A stretch of 52,039 nucleotides of DNA from an uncultured Akkermansia sp. Lineage in GTDB: Bacteria > Verrucomicrobiota > Verrucomicrobiia > Verrucomicrobiales > Akkermansiaceae. Shown piece after piece: positions 1 to 9,547 of the stretch. The stretch is from positions 1 to 52,039 of the forward strand of contig CAYJID010000001.1 in the NCBI GenBank assembly GCA_964370135.1. Direction: 5' to 3'. The notes beneath the pieces were generated by a model. It was given only the letters and a program-made list of their open reading frames with translations, was not told the origin of the DNA and ran no database searches. A program made the position numbers and the translations under genes. Every line of letters begins with the position of its first letter. Positions within the stretch are counted from its first letter, which is position 1.

Positions 1-188
1 AGTGAGAAGGGGATGACCTGCAGCATGAAGTCAATGACGATCGTCGGCGGCGCGCCACTGTTGACGAGGAGGTCTTGGAGCTCCTTGAATATCTGCCCCA
101 GCAGCAGCAGGGCAGTCAGCGACGCCACCCCCATGAAGGTGACGAAGAGGAGCTGGAAGAAGATGTAGCGATCGAGGGTCTTGATCAC
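1..188 (-). CDS. LptF/LptG family LPS export permease, N-terminal part (runs off window start)
   Basis: Minus-strand frame from GTG at 188 reads (M)IKTLDRYIFFQLLFVTFMGVASLTALLLLGQIFKELQDLL...IPFSL, typical of the LptF/G N-terminus (xLDRYI then a TM helix). Confidence 0.75.
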   Translation of the reverse strand, partial: MIKTLDRYIFFQLLFVTFMGVASLTALLLLGQIFKELQDLLVNSGAPPTIVIDFMLQVIPFS

Positions 189-240
189 GCGATGAGGATA
201 TGTGGGTAGGGGATAAAGCTGCGAGCAGCTGGCTTGGCTG

Positions 241-852
241 CTAGAGTGTCAGGAAATTGCTCAGCAGCTGGATGCCGAGTTTCTGACTCTTCTCCGGGTG
301 GAACTGCGTGGCGACGAGGCGTCCGCGTCTGATCGCCGCGGCAAAAGTGGCATCATAGGTGCAGCGCGCGGCAATGAGACTCTCATCAGCAGGGATGGGG
401 TAGTAGGAGTGGACGAAGTAGAAGTGCGCGTCGTCGGGCATGCCTGCCCAGATGGGGTCGCTCGCGTCAGTGAGCTCGAGGTCATTCCAGCCCATGTGGG
501 GGACTTTGAGCTGCTGGGTTTGAAATTTTTGTACTGGTCCCGCGAAGACGGCGAGCCCTGGGGCTCCGGGGCTCTCTTCGCTGCTTTCAAAGAGGATTTG
601 GTAGCCGATGCAGATGCCGAGAAAGGGGCGATCCGCTGCGATCCATGCGCGGATGGGCTCGACGAGTCTCTGCTCATGTAGCGCGCGTGAGCAGTCGCCA
701 AAGGCGCCGACGCCAGGGAGGACGAGGTGGGTGAGTCCGTCGAGCTCGCTGGGCTCACTGACGAGGATGGCGTCGTGTCCCGCCGCAAGGAAGGTGTTGC
801 GCACGCTTTGTAGATTGCCTGCGCCGTAGTCGATGATGCCGAGTTTGATCAT
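241..852 (-). CDS. hisH: Imidazole glycerol phosphate synthase glutaminase subunit
   Basis: IDYGAGNLQSV, LPGVGAF, FLGICIG (catalytic Cys), VPHMGWN, YFVHSY and TQFHPEKS motifs. Confidence 0.97.
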   Translation of the reverse strand: MIKLGIIDYGAGNLQSVRNTFLAAGHDAILVSEPSELDGLTHLVLPGVGAFGDCSRALHEQRLVEPIRAWIAADRPFLGICIGYQILFESSEESPGAPGLAVFAGPVQKFQTQQLKVPHMGWNDLELTDASDPIWAGMPDDAHFYFVHSYYPIPADESLIAARCTYDATFAAAIRRGRLVATQFHPEKSQKLGIQLLSNFLTL

Positions 853-874
853 TTTTATTTAAATTGGTTAGTCT

Positions 875-1462
875 TTAGAGCATTCCTTTGGTGGAGGGGA
901 TGAGTCCCGCCTGTCGCGCGTCCTGCTCCATGGCGAGGCGCAGGCTGCGGGCGATGCCTTTGAAGATGGCTTCGATGATGTGGTGTCCATCGCGTCCGTA
1001 GAAGACTTCGACGTGGAGGTTGCAGCGGAGGTTGTTCACTAGTGCGCGGCAGAATTCCTCGGCGAGGCTCATGGGCATGTTGGGCGCGTCGGGTGCTCCT
1101 GCGGGGATGCGGAATTCGAGGTAGGGGCGGTTCGAGAGGTCGATGACGACGCGGCAGAGCGTCTCGTCCATGGGGACGTAGGCGTGGCCATAGCGGTTGA
1201 TCCCTTTCTTGTCCCCCAGCGCGCGCGCGATGGTCTCACCTATGGCGATGCCGGTGTCTTCGATGGTGTGATGAGCGTCCACTTCAAGGTCGCCGTCGAC
1301 GCGTAGCGTCATGTCCATCAGTCCGTGTCGGGTGAAGAGATGCAGCATGTGGTCAAAGAAGGCGTGCCCTGTAGTGATGGCGGCGCAGCCCGTGCCGTCG
1401 AGGTTGAGCTCGAGGGCGATGTCGGTCTCACCCGTGGTGCGTTTGCATGTGGAGGTTCTCAT
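875..1462 (-). CDS. hisB: Imidazoleglycerol-phosphate dehydratase
   Basis: RTTGETDI, FFDHML, DAHHTIED, PMDE, HHIIEAIFK and PSTKG motifs; adjacent to hisH. Confidence 0.97.
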   Translation of the reverse strand: MRTSTCKRTTGETDIALELNLDGTGCAAITTGHAFFDHMLHLFTRHGLMDMTLRVDGDLEVDAHHTIEDTGIAIGETIARALGDKKGINRYGHAYVPMDETLCRVVIDLSNRPYLEFRIPAGAPDAPNMPMSLAEEFCRALVNNLRCNLHVEVFYGRDGHHIIEAIFKGIARSLRLAMEQDARQAGLIPSTKGML

Positions 1463-1541
1463 GGGAGTATTGTTATCTATCTGTCTGGAAATCTTGTATG
1501 GCGTATTCTATCACAGGAATTGAGCCCTTGGCAATGGCGAA

Positions 1542-3404
1542 TTAGAGCTCTGCTACCTCTTCGAGTACCTGTTCGACGCTGATGTCGCGCATGCAGGGGC
1601 TGTCTTGATCACAGTGGCTGAGGTAGCAGGGGTGGCAGGAGCGGTGGTGGTAGACGACGCGTGCGCGACGGCTCAGCGGGCGGTAGCGCTTGCTCAGGCG
1701 ACTCGCCATCATGACGACAAAGCGCGCGCGCGTCAGCGCGGCGATCTGGGGGATGACGCCATCCACGCTGATGAGCAGTGAGCGATGGCCGAGCTCCGCG
1801 AGGAGATGCTCCGCCTTGATGATATCGTGACGGATGCTCAGCTGGCTGGCCATGTCCTTCGCGCGCTTTGCATCGCGAGGTAGGGCGAGTAGTACGCAGG
1901 TCTGCCCCTGCTGCTGGAGATCATTGATCAGCTGCTGCCAGTGCTCGAGTGGCCATTGTTCTTCGCATTCCCCGAGGGTGGAGAAGGGGGAGATCCAGCA
2001 GAGGGCGCGTCCTTCCTGCTCACGGACAGAGTCCTCTTCCCACGCGGAGCAGTCGAGCTTGTGGCGCTTTTCTAGTAGGGCGAGGTAGTCGCGGAAGGCG
2101 TGGCGCACCGGACCGCAGTGCGCGGAGGTGAAGCTCGTCTTGAAGCCCTTCGAGAGGCGATTTTCCTCAAAGCCGCTGATGTAGATGGGCGCGAGCGCGC
2201 GCAGCTGCTTCCACGTCGCCGCATGCTCGCTCCACATAAAGAGGTAGTCAAAGGGACCCGCCTCATAGACGGCATCCACCTCCAGCTGCTCACGCAGACT
2301 CTGGCTCGGGCTATCCATGGTCAGCACATGCTTGATCATGCTCTGCTGCTGCCAGAAGGAGGCCTGCTCCTCGCGGCAGATCACGGAGAGCTCCGCGTCA
2401 AAGCGGCTGCCACTCAGCACGCGCAGGGCAGGTAGGCAGATGACGGACTCTTCGAATGCCTCGGGTAGCGCGACGAGGATGCGGAAGGGGAGGCGTACAA
2501 AGGGGGCGGCGGTCTCCGCGAGCATCTCCTTGCCCTGGAGGCCGAACTCCGCGCCCGTCTTCCAGCGGTGATGCATCCAGAAGCCATCGAGGATGCTGAC
2601 TCTTTGCGAGTTCTCCAGAGCCAGATTGATGCTGATGGTATCGGCGGCGGTCTGATCGACTCCCTGATAATTCAGAAAGATCTCCTCACCCAGCACCGCA
2701 TCCCAGCGGCCAAGGCCGCGGTTGCGCGTATGGACGGCAAAGAGGCGACTCTGGCACATGGTGTGCAGGACGGAGGGAAAGGGGGTCGTGCCTGTGACTT
2801 TGCCAAAGTAGGGGACATGCACGCCCTCAGCGGTGTACTGATCCGAGAGGATGCCGAGCAGCCCTCCTGAGCGCGTCATGCGCACGACGCGGCGCAGGCC
2901 TGCTTCCTTGCTATACATCTCGCAGCCATAGCCTGTGCGTAGCCCGTAGACGAGCTCCTCGAGATGTGGGTTGCGCAGCTTGCGGTACATGGAGCCAAAG
3001 TGCTCGACTTTGGTAAAGAGGGGACGGATGCGCGCGAGGATCTCCCAGTTGCCCGCATGGGGGATGCAGGCGATGCCGGTGCTGCCGCCGGTGCCGGAGT
3101 TCTCAAACTCGTCCTTGCCCACGAGCGTCACGGATGCTTCTAGCTCCTCGGCGCTCATGATGCCTACCTTCATCGCGCAGGCGAAGTTCATGCAGGAGAG
3201 CATCATGTTGCGCCGCACGAGGGGGCGCAGCTGGGCGGGGCGCAGCGTGGGGTCGATGCAGATGCGCAGATTGCGCGCCACGATGCGGCGACGCGAGGCG
3301 AGCAGGATGTAGCCGATGTAGCCTACCCCCATCCCCAGCAGGGCAATGAGACGTACGGGGACATAGCGCATGATCCGAACGAGAACGTGAAGAAGCTGTC
3401 GCAT
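1542..3404 (-). CDS. Lipid A acyltransferase (LpxL/HtrB-like) fused to a glycosyltransferase family 9-like domain
   Basis: HAGNWE, LSDQ, PYFG and FWMHHRWK acyltransferase motifs; C-terminal half has GT9-like features (WPLEHW, SVDG, CHPCY..C..CM.DISVEQV). Start moved to MRQLL at 3404. Confidence 0.8.
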   Translation of the reverse strand: MRQLLHVLVRIMRYVPVRLIALLGMGVGYIGYILLASRRRIVARNLRICIDPTLRPAQLRPLVRRNMMLSCMNFACAMKVGIMSAEELEASVTLVGKDEFENSGTGGSTGIACIPHAGNWEILARIRPLFTKVEHFGSMYRKLRNPHLEELVYGLRTGYGCEMYSKEAGLRRVVRMTRSGGLLGILSDQYTAEGVHVPYFGKVTGTTPFPSVLHTMCQSRLFAVHTRNRGLGRWDAVLGEEIFLNYQGVDQTAADTISINLALENSQRVSILDGFWMHHRWKTGAEFGLQGKEMLAETAAPFVRLPFRILVALPEAFEESVICLPALRVLSGSRFDAELSVICREEQASFWQQQSMIKHVLTMDSPSQSLREQLEVDAVYEAGPFDYLFMWSEHAATWKQLRALAPIYISGFEENRLSKGFKTSFTSAHCGPVRHAFRDYLALLEKRHKLDCSAWEEDSVREQEGRALCWISPFSTLGECEEQWPLEHWQQLINDLQQQGQTCVLLALPRDAKRAKDMASQLSIRHDIIKAEHLLAELGHRSLLISVDGVIPQIAALTRARFVVMMASRLSKRYRPLSRRARVVYHHRSCHPCYLSHCDQDSPCMRDISVEQVLEEVAEL

Positions 3405-3531
3405 GGGAGTTTTATTGTATTTTATAGAAGCGAGAAGAGAGAGGAAGGAAGGGGGGGAAGGGTAGTAATGGGCTAGACAGCAGCACATCGAGCAGTCGGG
3501 AGACCTGCTCGCTCCTGCTCGATGCCCGCGT

Positions 3532-3567
3532 CCTCAGCGAGGCTCACTCAGGTGAGCCTCGCTGAGG
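3532..3567. terminator. Perfect 16-bp hairpin (terminator or REP-like) just downstream of the lipoprotein gene
   Basis: CCTCAGCGAGGCTCAC-TCAG-GTGAGCCTCGCTGAGG; no clear U-tract. Confidence 0.5.
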
Positions 3568-3571
3568 CGTC

Positions 3572-3979
3572 TTAGTTGATGGTGTGAATGCGGGGGATGA
3601 TGAAGACCTTGCGGGTGTAGGGATCCCAAACGCGGTCTCCGCCTTTGAATCCTTTGTAACTCAGAGAATTGTATGGTGTGAAGGGCGAGATGACGACATT
3701 CGCATACTGGGAGGTAAAGCCGTAGGGGACGCCGTTGACATCCGCCTTGCGCTTATCAATGAGGTTGGAGGGAGCGGGGAGTGCATCGGGGTCGGTGCGC
3801 AGCCAGCGGGCGTTGCTCGCAGGGCTGCCGTTCACATCGGCGATGACCATGGGGGGAGGCGTACCGGGATACTCTTCGCGTACGAAGACGTCGACGGCTT
3901 GTGAGACGATGCAGGAGGGCAGGACGGAGCTGAGGGCGAGTGCACTCAGCGCGATGGCGATGGTTTGAGTTCTTTTCAT
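3572..3979 (-). CDS. Hypothetical lipoprotein
   Basis: MKRTQTIAIALSALALSSVLPSC signal with lipobox-like Cys; C-terminal SPF..Y...G....DPYT.K.F pattern. Confidence 0.7.
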   Translation of the reverse strand: MKRTQTIAIALSALALSSVLPSCIVSQAVDVFVREEYPGTPPPMVIADVNGSPASNARWLRTDPDALPAPSNLIDKRKADVNGVPYGFTSQYANVVISPFTPYNSLSYKGFKGGDRVWDPYTRKVFIIPRIHTIN

Positions 3980-3995
3980 GTTGTTTCGGGTATGG

Positions 3996-4898
3996 TTAAG
4001 TTTGGGGATTATGGGAGAATTTGGCCTGATGACCAAAAGGGGAGTGAGCCGAGGGCGGCACGAGCAGCAGACGCCCCTCAGCCTCCTCGCGGGGGCGTAC
4101 AAAGATAGGCAGGTAATCATGCTGCTCGACGAGTGCAGTGATCGCGGGGTAGATCGCGAGGAGGGGCTCGAGGCGTGGGAGCATCATCTTCATCAAGCGC
4201 TCAGGGATGGGTAGCTGGCCGACGTGTCCGCCTAGTAGAAAGGAGCTCGCCATATTCTTCCCATTGTCGAGATGGAGCTTCACCTGCTTGCCCGTCTCAT
4301 CCTCATGGTAGGAGAAGCGCAGAAAGACACTCGTCGTATGATACATCTCAGAGCCCAGCGCGCGGGCGATGATGAGCTCGCCGTAGCCGTCGTGGATCTT
4401 GAGCGCGAGCAGCGTGGGGTGGGCGATGAGCGCGAGGCTACCGCCCTGGCGCATGCGGCAGCTCCGCCTGAGGCTGTAGTTGAGCTCGGACTCGGTGAAG
4501 CTCTGCGTCTGGGAGCTCGGCTTGATCGTCGCGAGCAGATGCTCCACATCGCGGGCGGGCAGGGCGTCGCCCACGCGTGCCCCGCGTATGTCTCGCAGCT
4601 CGCGCGGGCTCCACATCAGCCAGCAGAGGTAGATGAGCCCTCCTGCGAGAGAGGCAAAGAGCACGTAGGAGAGCCATTTCCATGGATTGAACCACGCGCC
4701 GCGTGTCGCGGGGCGACGGTCATCCTCCTCATCGTAGCGGGGGAGGTGGATCGCCTCTGTTATTTTCGCATTTTTTTCTGAGTGGCTATCTGTCTGTTTC
4801 TTGTTATTGCGTGCCTGACGACGCGACAAGATGCCACCGAGGCGATGCCACGGTGTGCCTGCTTTTTTCGAGTTGCTGGGTCGGTGGGAGAATAGCAT
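3996..4898 (-). CDS. Hypothetical membrane-anchored protein
   Basis: 300-aa ORF with one hydrophobic helix (WLSYVLFASLAGGLIYLCWLMW); codirectional with neighbours. Confidence 0.7.
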   Translation of the reverse strand: MLFSHRPSNSKKAGTPWHRLGGILSRRQARNNKKQTDSHSEKNAKITEAIHLPRYDEEDDRRPATRGAWFNPWKWLSYVLFASLAGGLIYLCWLMWSPRELRDIRGARVGDALPARDVEHLLATIKPSSQTQSFTESELNYSLRRSCRMRQGGSLALIAHPTLLALKIHDGYGELIIARALGSEMYHTTSVFLRFSYHEDETGKQVKLHLDNGKNMASSFLLGGHVGQLPIPERLMKMMLPRLEPLLAIYPAITALVEQHDYLPIFVRPREEAEGRLLLVPPSAHSPFGHQAKFSHNPQT

Positions 4899-5101
4899 GT
4901 CAAGTCACGTGGGCATTATAACTCAAAGAGAGGGATTTGCCAAAACTATTTTTTGTCGCATCACGGCAAAGTGCAGCATCATGACCGCGTGCATCATCTC
5001 ATGCCTCTCGCCAACAAGGCGCGCCCGCGCGGGGCAGCTTGTGTCCAGCGCGGGCGTTTTTGTACTTTCAATTGATCATGTTGTTGACGTGGTTGATTTT
5101 A

Positions 5102-5292
5102 GGGGGCTTCTAAATTCTCGTCATTCTAAATAAGGAAATTCAGAAAACGCTTCACGAGGCAGCTTTTGAGTGCTTTTAGGCTGGATTTTCCCCGAATTTT
5201 CGTCTCAGAGGACACTCTGAGCCATCAATTCGTGAAAAATCCAGCTCTAAAATCACCTCAAAATCTTACCGCGCGAGAAATTAGAAGCCCCC
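5102..5292. mobile_element. MITE-like element (191 bp) with 19-bp terminal inverted repeats and TTTA target duplication
   Basis: Left GGGGGCTTCTAAATTCTCG and right CGAGAAATTAGAAGCCCCC match at 18/19; TTTA at 5098-5101 and 5293-5296; related copies at ~8262-8487 and 51860-51934. Confidence 0.8.
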
Positions 5293-5293
5293 T

Positions 5294-6604
5294 TTAGAAA
5301 AATCCGCCACCATCTTCCTCCTGAGCTTCTTCGGCGCGGTCGCTGAAGGGGTTCTGCGCAGGCCAGACGAGGCTGTCGCTGTCGTAGGGGGGATCGACGC
5401 GCGACTCCTCGCTGAAGCCCGCGTCGGGGTTGGAGTACTTCATACCACTGTAGGCTTCGTCAGCCGTGGGGCTCACGAGAACGGTGCGGAAGAGCTGGTA
5501 GATGGGCTTGTCATCCTCGCTCTTGAGTGCATCATCGTCATTCATGTCGTCGAGTAGCAGGCAGAAGCCAAACTGCATACCGCCGATCTCCGAGATGAGC
5601 ACCTCCATGTCATACCACTTGCCCTGCTCCACGGTAAAGGGCTTGCCTGCCATGTAGGCATTTTTGTAATTACCTTCAAAGTCAGAGTTCCATGCCTCGG
5701 TGGTCTTATATTGGAGCTTCTCCACCTTGTCGCGTCGGTTTTGATCCTGATAGGCAAAGTACACGCCATCGCTGAGATTGTGCAGACCGCAGTCCAAGAC
5801 ATTTTCTCCATTGAAACGCACGCCCATCACGGAGTCAGCAATCCCGACGAAGCGGAAGCGACCACTCATAGGTGCCTGCACGCGCGCCTTGTAGACCGCG
5901 GCCCAGCGTCCCGACTTGAGCCTATGGCGCCCTGCGGGGTCGTAGGCATGCATCGCCTCACTCTCCAAGCAGTTGGGCATGTAGAAGGCGGTGGTGAAGA
6001 GGCGCGTCGGTAGACGCCTGTAGGCGGCGAACATGCCTGTCTTCCACCCATTATTATAGAATCGACTCAGGATCGTGAGCACGTCCTTGTCAAAGGCGAT
6101 GTTGCCAGCCCCCGCATAGGGCGAGTCCTGACCATGTTGATTTCTCTTAAAATCCCAGAGCTGCCCGACAAAGGCGGAGGCCGCCGGCTTGCTCGCGCCC
6201 ATACCTGGCTCACCCTCGCCGCCGCCGCCACCGCCGCCTATCCCATCACCGCCGAGACCGCCGCCGAGACTCGACGTGCCCGCCACGGCAGGGAGGCTGA
6301 AGTCGGAGACAGAGACGGGAGAGGTGATCGCATCAATATCAAGCGTAGGAGTAGGAGGTGAGGCCTCGAACTTGCTCGTCTCAATGGGACGCTCCTTCGG
6401 CTTAGGTGGCTGCTCATCCTCCACCGTATTGTAGGCGATGAAGGAGGGCTGTGGGTTGAAAATGACAATTTTGTAATAGAGCAATATCCCAAAGGCGATG
6501 AGAATGCAGGCTAGTGAGGCGGCACCTGCGAGGATGAGGCGACGCTGTGTCTGTCGCTCAGAGCCTTGCCTCAGCTTGTCGGGGATTTTGATGCGGATGG
6601 GCAT
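5294..6604 (-). CDS. Membrane-anchored hypothetical protein with Pro/Gly linker and PA14-like beta domain
   Basis: N-terminal TM helix, Gly-rich linker, then AP.SGRFRFVG.AD....VRFNG and G.WYDMEVLISE segments resembling PA14-like domains. Confidence 0.65.
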   Translation of the reverse strand: MPIRIKIPDKLRQGSERQTQRRLILAGAASLACILIAFGILLYYKIVIFNPQPSFIAYNTVEDEQPPKPKERPIETSKFEASPPTPTLDIDAITSPVSVSDFSLPAVAGTSSLGGGLGGDGIGGGGGGGEGEPGMGASKPAASAFVGQLWDFKRNQHGQDSPYAGAGNIAFDKDVLTILSRFYNNGWKTGMFAAYRRLPTRLFTTAFYMPNCLESEAMHAYDPAGRHRLKSGRWAAVYKARVQAPMSGRFRFVGIADSVMGVRFNGENVLDCGLHNLSDGVYFAYQDQNRRDKVEKLQYKTTEAWNSDFEGNYKNAYMAGKPFTVEQGKWYDMEVLISEIGGMQFGFCLLLDDMNDDDALKSEDDKPIYQLFRTVLVSPTADEAYSGMKYSNPDAGFSEESRVDPPYDSDSLVWPAQNPFSDRAEEAQEEDGGGFF

Positions 6605-6775
6605 GGGAGGAGTATGGCTTCATACGCTGACCTCCTGTGCGACGTCATGCAGAGGAAGACAGAGGTACGTGGGATATTGCTTATTCTATCTGAGATATTG
6701 CGAGGCGTCAAGCATCTTTCTCGCGAGTTTCTGGGCTTGAAACAGAGCGAGCTTTGGGGTAGAATCGCGCCGTAT

Positions 6776-7360
6776 ATGGACGCATGCGATATTCGATTTG
6801 GGCTCTGGGATGCTTTACAATGTTATAGACAGGGTGCGCAGGCGAACCATGAGGCCGCGCAGCGGGTGCTGGATTTCATCGAAGCCTACCCCGATTGTTT
6901 TGAGCGCGCACAGGCTCGCGGTCACATCACCGCCTCGGCTCTCTTGCTCCATCCTAGCGAGGAGTCCTGCCTGCTGACCCTGCACAAAAAACTCGGCCGC
7001 TGGTTGCAACCAGGAGGGCATGCCGATGGTGATCCCGATGCCCTGCGAGTCGCCGTGCGTGAGGCGGAGGAGGAGAGTGGCATCGTGGGGATAGAGGTGC
7101 TCGATGAGGCTATTTTTGATGTCGATGTGCATCTGATTCCAGCGCGTCCGCATCTAGGGGAGCCAGAGCATCATCATTTTGATATTCGCTACCTCCTACG
7201 TGCCCCGCACGATCGCATGGTGTGCTCAGATGAGTCCGAGCAGCTGGCGTGGATGAGCTGGGAGGAGATCAGGCAACGTCAAGAGCTCTTTGACGAGGCC
7301 TTTTTGAGATTGAGGAGACTCTATCTGGCGCGAGCGCATGCGGTGCTTCCTCCAGAGTGA
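6776..7360 (+). CDS. Nudix hydrolase
   Basis: GHITASA, WLQPGGHADG..ALRVAVREAEEESG Nudix box, H.HFDIRY. Start uncertain; the ORF-track start at 6566 overlaps the neighbouring gene. Confidence 0.88.
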   Translation: MDACDIRFGLWDALQCYRQGAQANHEAAQRVLDFIEAYPDCFERAQARGHITASALLLHPSEESCLLTLHKKLGRWLQPGGHADGDPDALRVAVREAEEESGIVGIEVLDEAIFDVDVHLIPARPHLGEPEHHHFDIRYLLRAPHDRMVCSDESEQLAWMSWEEIRQRQELFDEAFLRLRRLYLARAHAVLPPE

Positions 7361-7429
7361 GTCTAGGCATTCAGGCGATACCGCGCGCTGGTCGCTGAAT
7401 GGAGAATGAAATAAGTGGCAAAGGCTGCT

Positions 7430-7675
7430 TTATTTGCAGAAATCGCTAAACTTTCTCCCCGGAGGAGGAGACTGACTTTCCAAGTGGGCGATGATCTCTG
7501 AGATCGTCATCCGTTGCCCTTGGGGACTCTCGACAAAATTGATGAAGTCGAAGAGCGCGAGGCGTATCACCGAGCTGCGGTCGATATTGTACCTCTCCAT
7601 GATGTATTCGGTGGCCTGATGCATATCGGCTGTGCATTTGAATGACACCGAACGTTTTCCGAAGAAATTTAACAT
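7430..7675 (-). CDS. Small ribbon-helix-helix-like DNA-binding protein
   Basis: SVSFKC strand followed by a helix and IDRSSVIRLAL, a CopG/RHH pattern. Confidence 0.55.
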   Translation of the reverse strand: MLNFFGKRSVSFKCTADMHQATEYIMERYNIDRSSVIRLALFDFINFVESPQGQRMTISEIIAHLESQSPPPGRKFSDFCK

Positions 7676-8261
7676 GATACTTACTGATGCTGTTTTTTTC
7701 TATCCTTGCCGCCCTCCTCGTGGAAGGCTATGATGAGAAGGATGTCGCTTGTTAGCATAGAGAATTCGTCATTCAGCGTCAAGTAAAACCATTCCAAAAA
7801 TATGAAATAAGGCTTTAAATGTCAGTGGTATAAATCTGCATAAAATACACATTGGGTCAGAGCTGAGCTTCATTTTTCTACTGAAGAGTGCAGAGTTATT
7901 TTAACAGATAGAATCGCTTAAATCGGTGCAAAAATGTACAGCTGATTTGTAATCCGCATAGAAGAAAAAATATGAATAGATACAGGCATGTCGTGCAAAA
8001 AAATGAGTTTTTTTTTGACATCCTCCACTTCCAAGATAAGCAATTCGGAAGAGAAGTGGGCGCACACCGCGCAAACCGAGCTCAAAAAACAGCACTCCGT
8101 CAGAAAACACAAAGAATAAATGTAACAAAATGGGCGAAACGCATCCCTCTCAGACTCTCCCAATATTAAATGAGAGTATATGTTTTTATAGATGCTTAGC
8201 ATGAGGTTGTTAAAAAGGTGTGTGCAATTTGCGATCAAGCAATTTATCCTCGCGTTTGCAT

Positions 8262-8487
8262 CTCAGAGTGTCCTCTGAGACGAAAATTCGGACAAATTGC
8301 ATGTCAATTTGAGACCAGAGCCCCCCACGACACCTCGTGGGGGAGAAGCGACGGGATATCCAGCCTAAAAGCACTCAAAATCAGCCTCGTGGCGCGAGTC
8401 ATCTGATTAGCTTATTTAGGATAACGAAAAGCCCCCTATAGCTTGAAAATCAACTCAAAATCACGCCTCGCGAGAAAAGAGCCCCCC
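8262..8487. repeat. Degenerate/rearranged, mostly inverted copy of the 5102-5292 element
   Basis: CTCAGAGTGTCCTCTGAGACGAAAATTCGG and ATCCAGCCTAAAAGCACTCAAAA are reverse complements of internal parts of 5102-5292; two GCCCCC end-like motifs (8431-8436, 8481-8487). Confidence 0.7.
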
Positions 8488-8500
8488 TCTCTCTACAAGA

Positions 8501-9526
8501 TCAGACGCCAAATCGCTGATGAATCAGCACCTTAAAATGATCGCCTGCGCCAGGCTTCGCAATGAGGTGGCAGTCAGCCGGCGAGCTCTTGTCCGCTAGT
8601 GGGAGCAAGAAATCATGCTGATCGACGAGCAGCACCACATCCCCCATGCTGCTGCGTGCATGCGTGAGTAGGTCGGTGAAGTTCACATCACAGGTGATGT
8701 CGCAGGCACCCGCGAGTGCGGGCAGCTGCTCGACAGAGAGCATCTGGTGCGCCTTGTAGCCGCGCATGCTACCATGTGGGCGGCGGTAATAGAGCGTCTC
8801 ATTGACATCCCCATAGTCGATGGTGACCATGGTGCCCGCCTTCCAGAGAGGCTGCCAGGTATGATACCACTTGTGGTAGCTCTCATGCACCTCGACGACC
8901 TGCGTCTCCTGTGCCCAGCGCTCAAAGACGCAGGACGCAGGCAGCGGGCGCTTCCAGCCCTGGCGGGCATACTGCCCGTCGAGCACCGCGAGCCCGAGCT
9001 CCAGCCACTCCCCCTCCTGGAAGACAAATTGGCGCGCGGGGAAGGCATCGGGCAGCTCATTGCTAAAAATAAAAGCGCGCCCCTTGGTCGCCTTGAGCGC
9101 GTGGGCGATATCGCTATGCGTGCGGACGAAGCCGCCTCCGAGCATCTTTTGGAGCTCGCGCAGCTTGTCCGATCGCTCGACCATGTGGTAGGTCAGCCGC
9201 AGCTTCTCCAGAAAGCCTAGCTCACGCTTGATGTCGAGCATCATATTGCCCGTCCCTCCACCTATCTCGATGATGGGCATGACGCTGTGATGATCCGCAC
9301 AGCACTTGCGCCATGCCTCGACGATGCCGCGCGCGAGCAGGCGGCTCTGCGTCGCACAGGTCGAGAAATCACCCTGCCGACCGATCTCGGTGACATGGCG
9401 CGAGTAGTAGCCCTCCTCGGCATCAAAGAGCGCGATGTCCATGAACTTGTCCATGGCGAGCCAGTTATCCTGCGAGGCGATATGCGGTGCGATATTCACA
9501 ACGTGTATGGTAATAAGTGAAAACAA
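8501..9526 (-). CDS. SAM-dependent methyltransferase, MidA/NDUFAF7 family
   Basis: FMDIAL...GYY, G..GDF.T, IEIGGGTG, FSNELPDAFP, TIDYG and DITCDVNF motifs. Confidence 0.9.
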   Translation of the reverse strand: MFSLITIHVVNIAPHIASQDNWLAMDKFMDIALFDAEEGYYSRHVTEIGRQGDFSTCATQSRLLARGIVEAWRKCCADHHSVMPIIEIGGGTGNMMLDIKRELGFLEKLRLTYHMVERSDKLRELQKMLGGGFVRTHSDIAHALKATKGRAFIFSNELPDAFPARQFVFQEGEWLELGLAVLDGQYARQGWKRPLPASCVFERWAQETQVVEVHESYHKWYHTWQPLWKAGTMVTIDYGDVNETLYYRRPHGSMRGYKAHQMLSVEQLPALAGACDITCDVNFTDLLTHARSSMGDVVLLVDQHDFLLPLADKSSPADCHLIAKPGAGDHFKVLIHQRFGV

Positions 9527-9547
9527 TAAAAAGACGCGGCACGTCCA

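Noticed and set aside
7680..8260. Short ORFs in the AT-rich intergenic stretch (7901-8128, 7918-8238, 7972-8169)
   Set aside because: Mutually overlapping, low-complexity translations with no recognisable motifs; more likely promoter or noncoding DNA.
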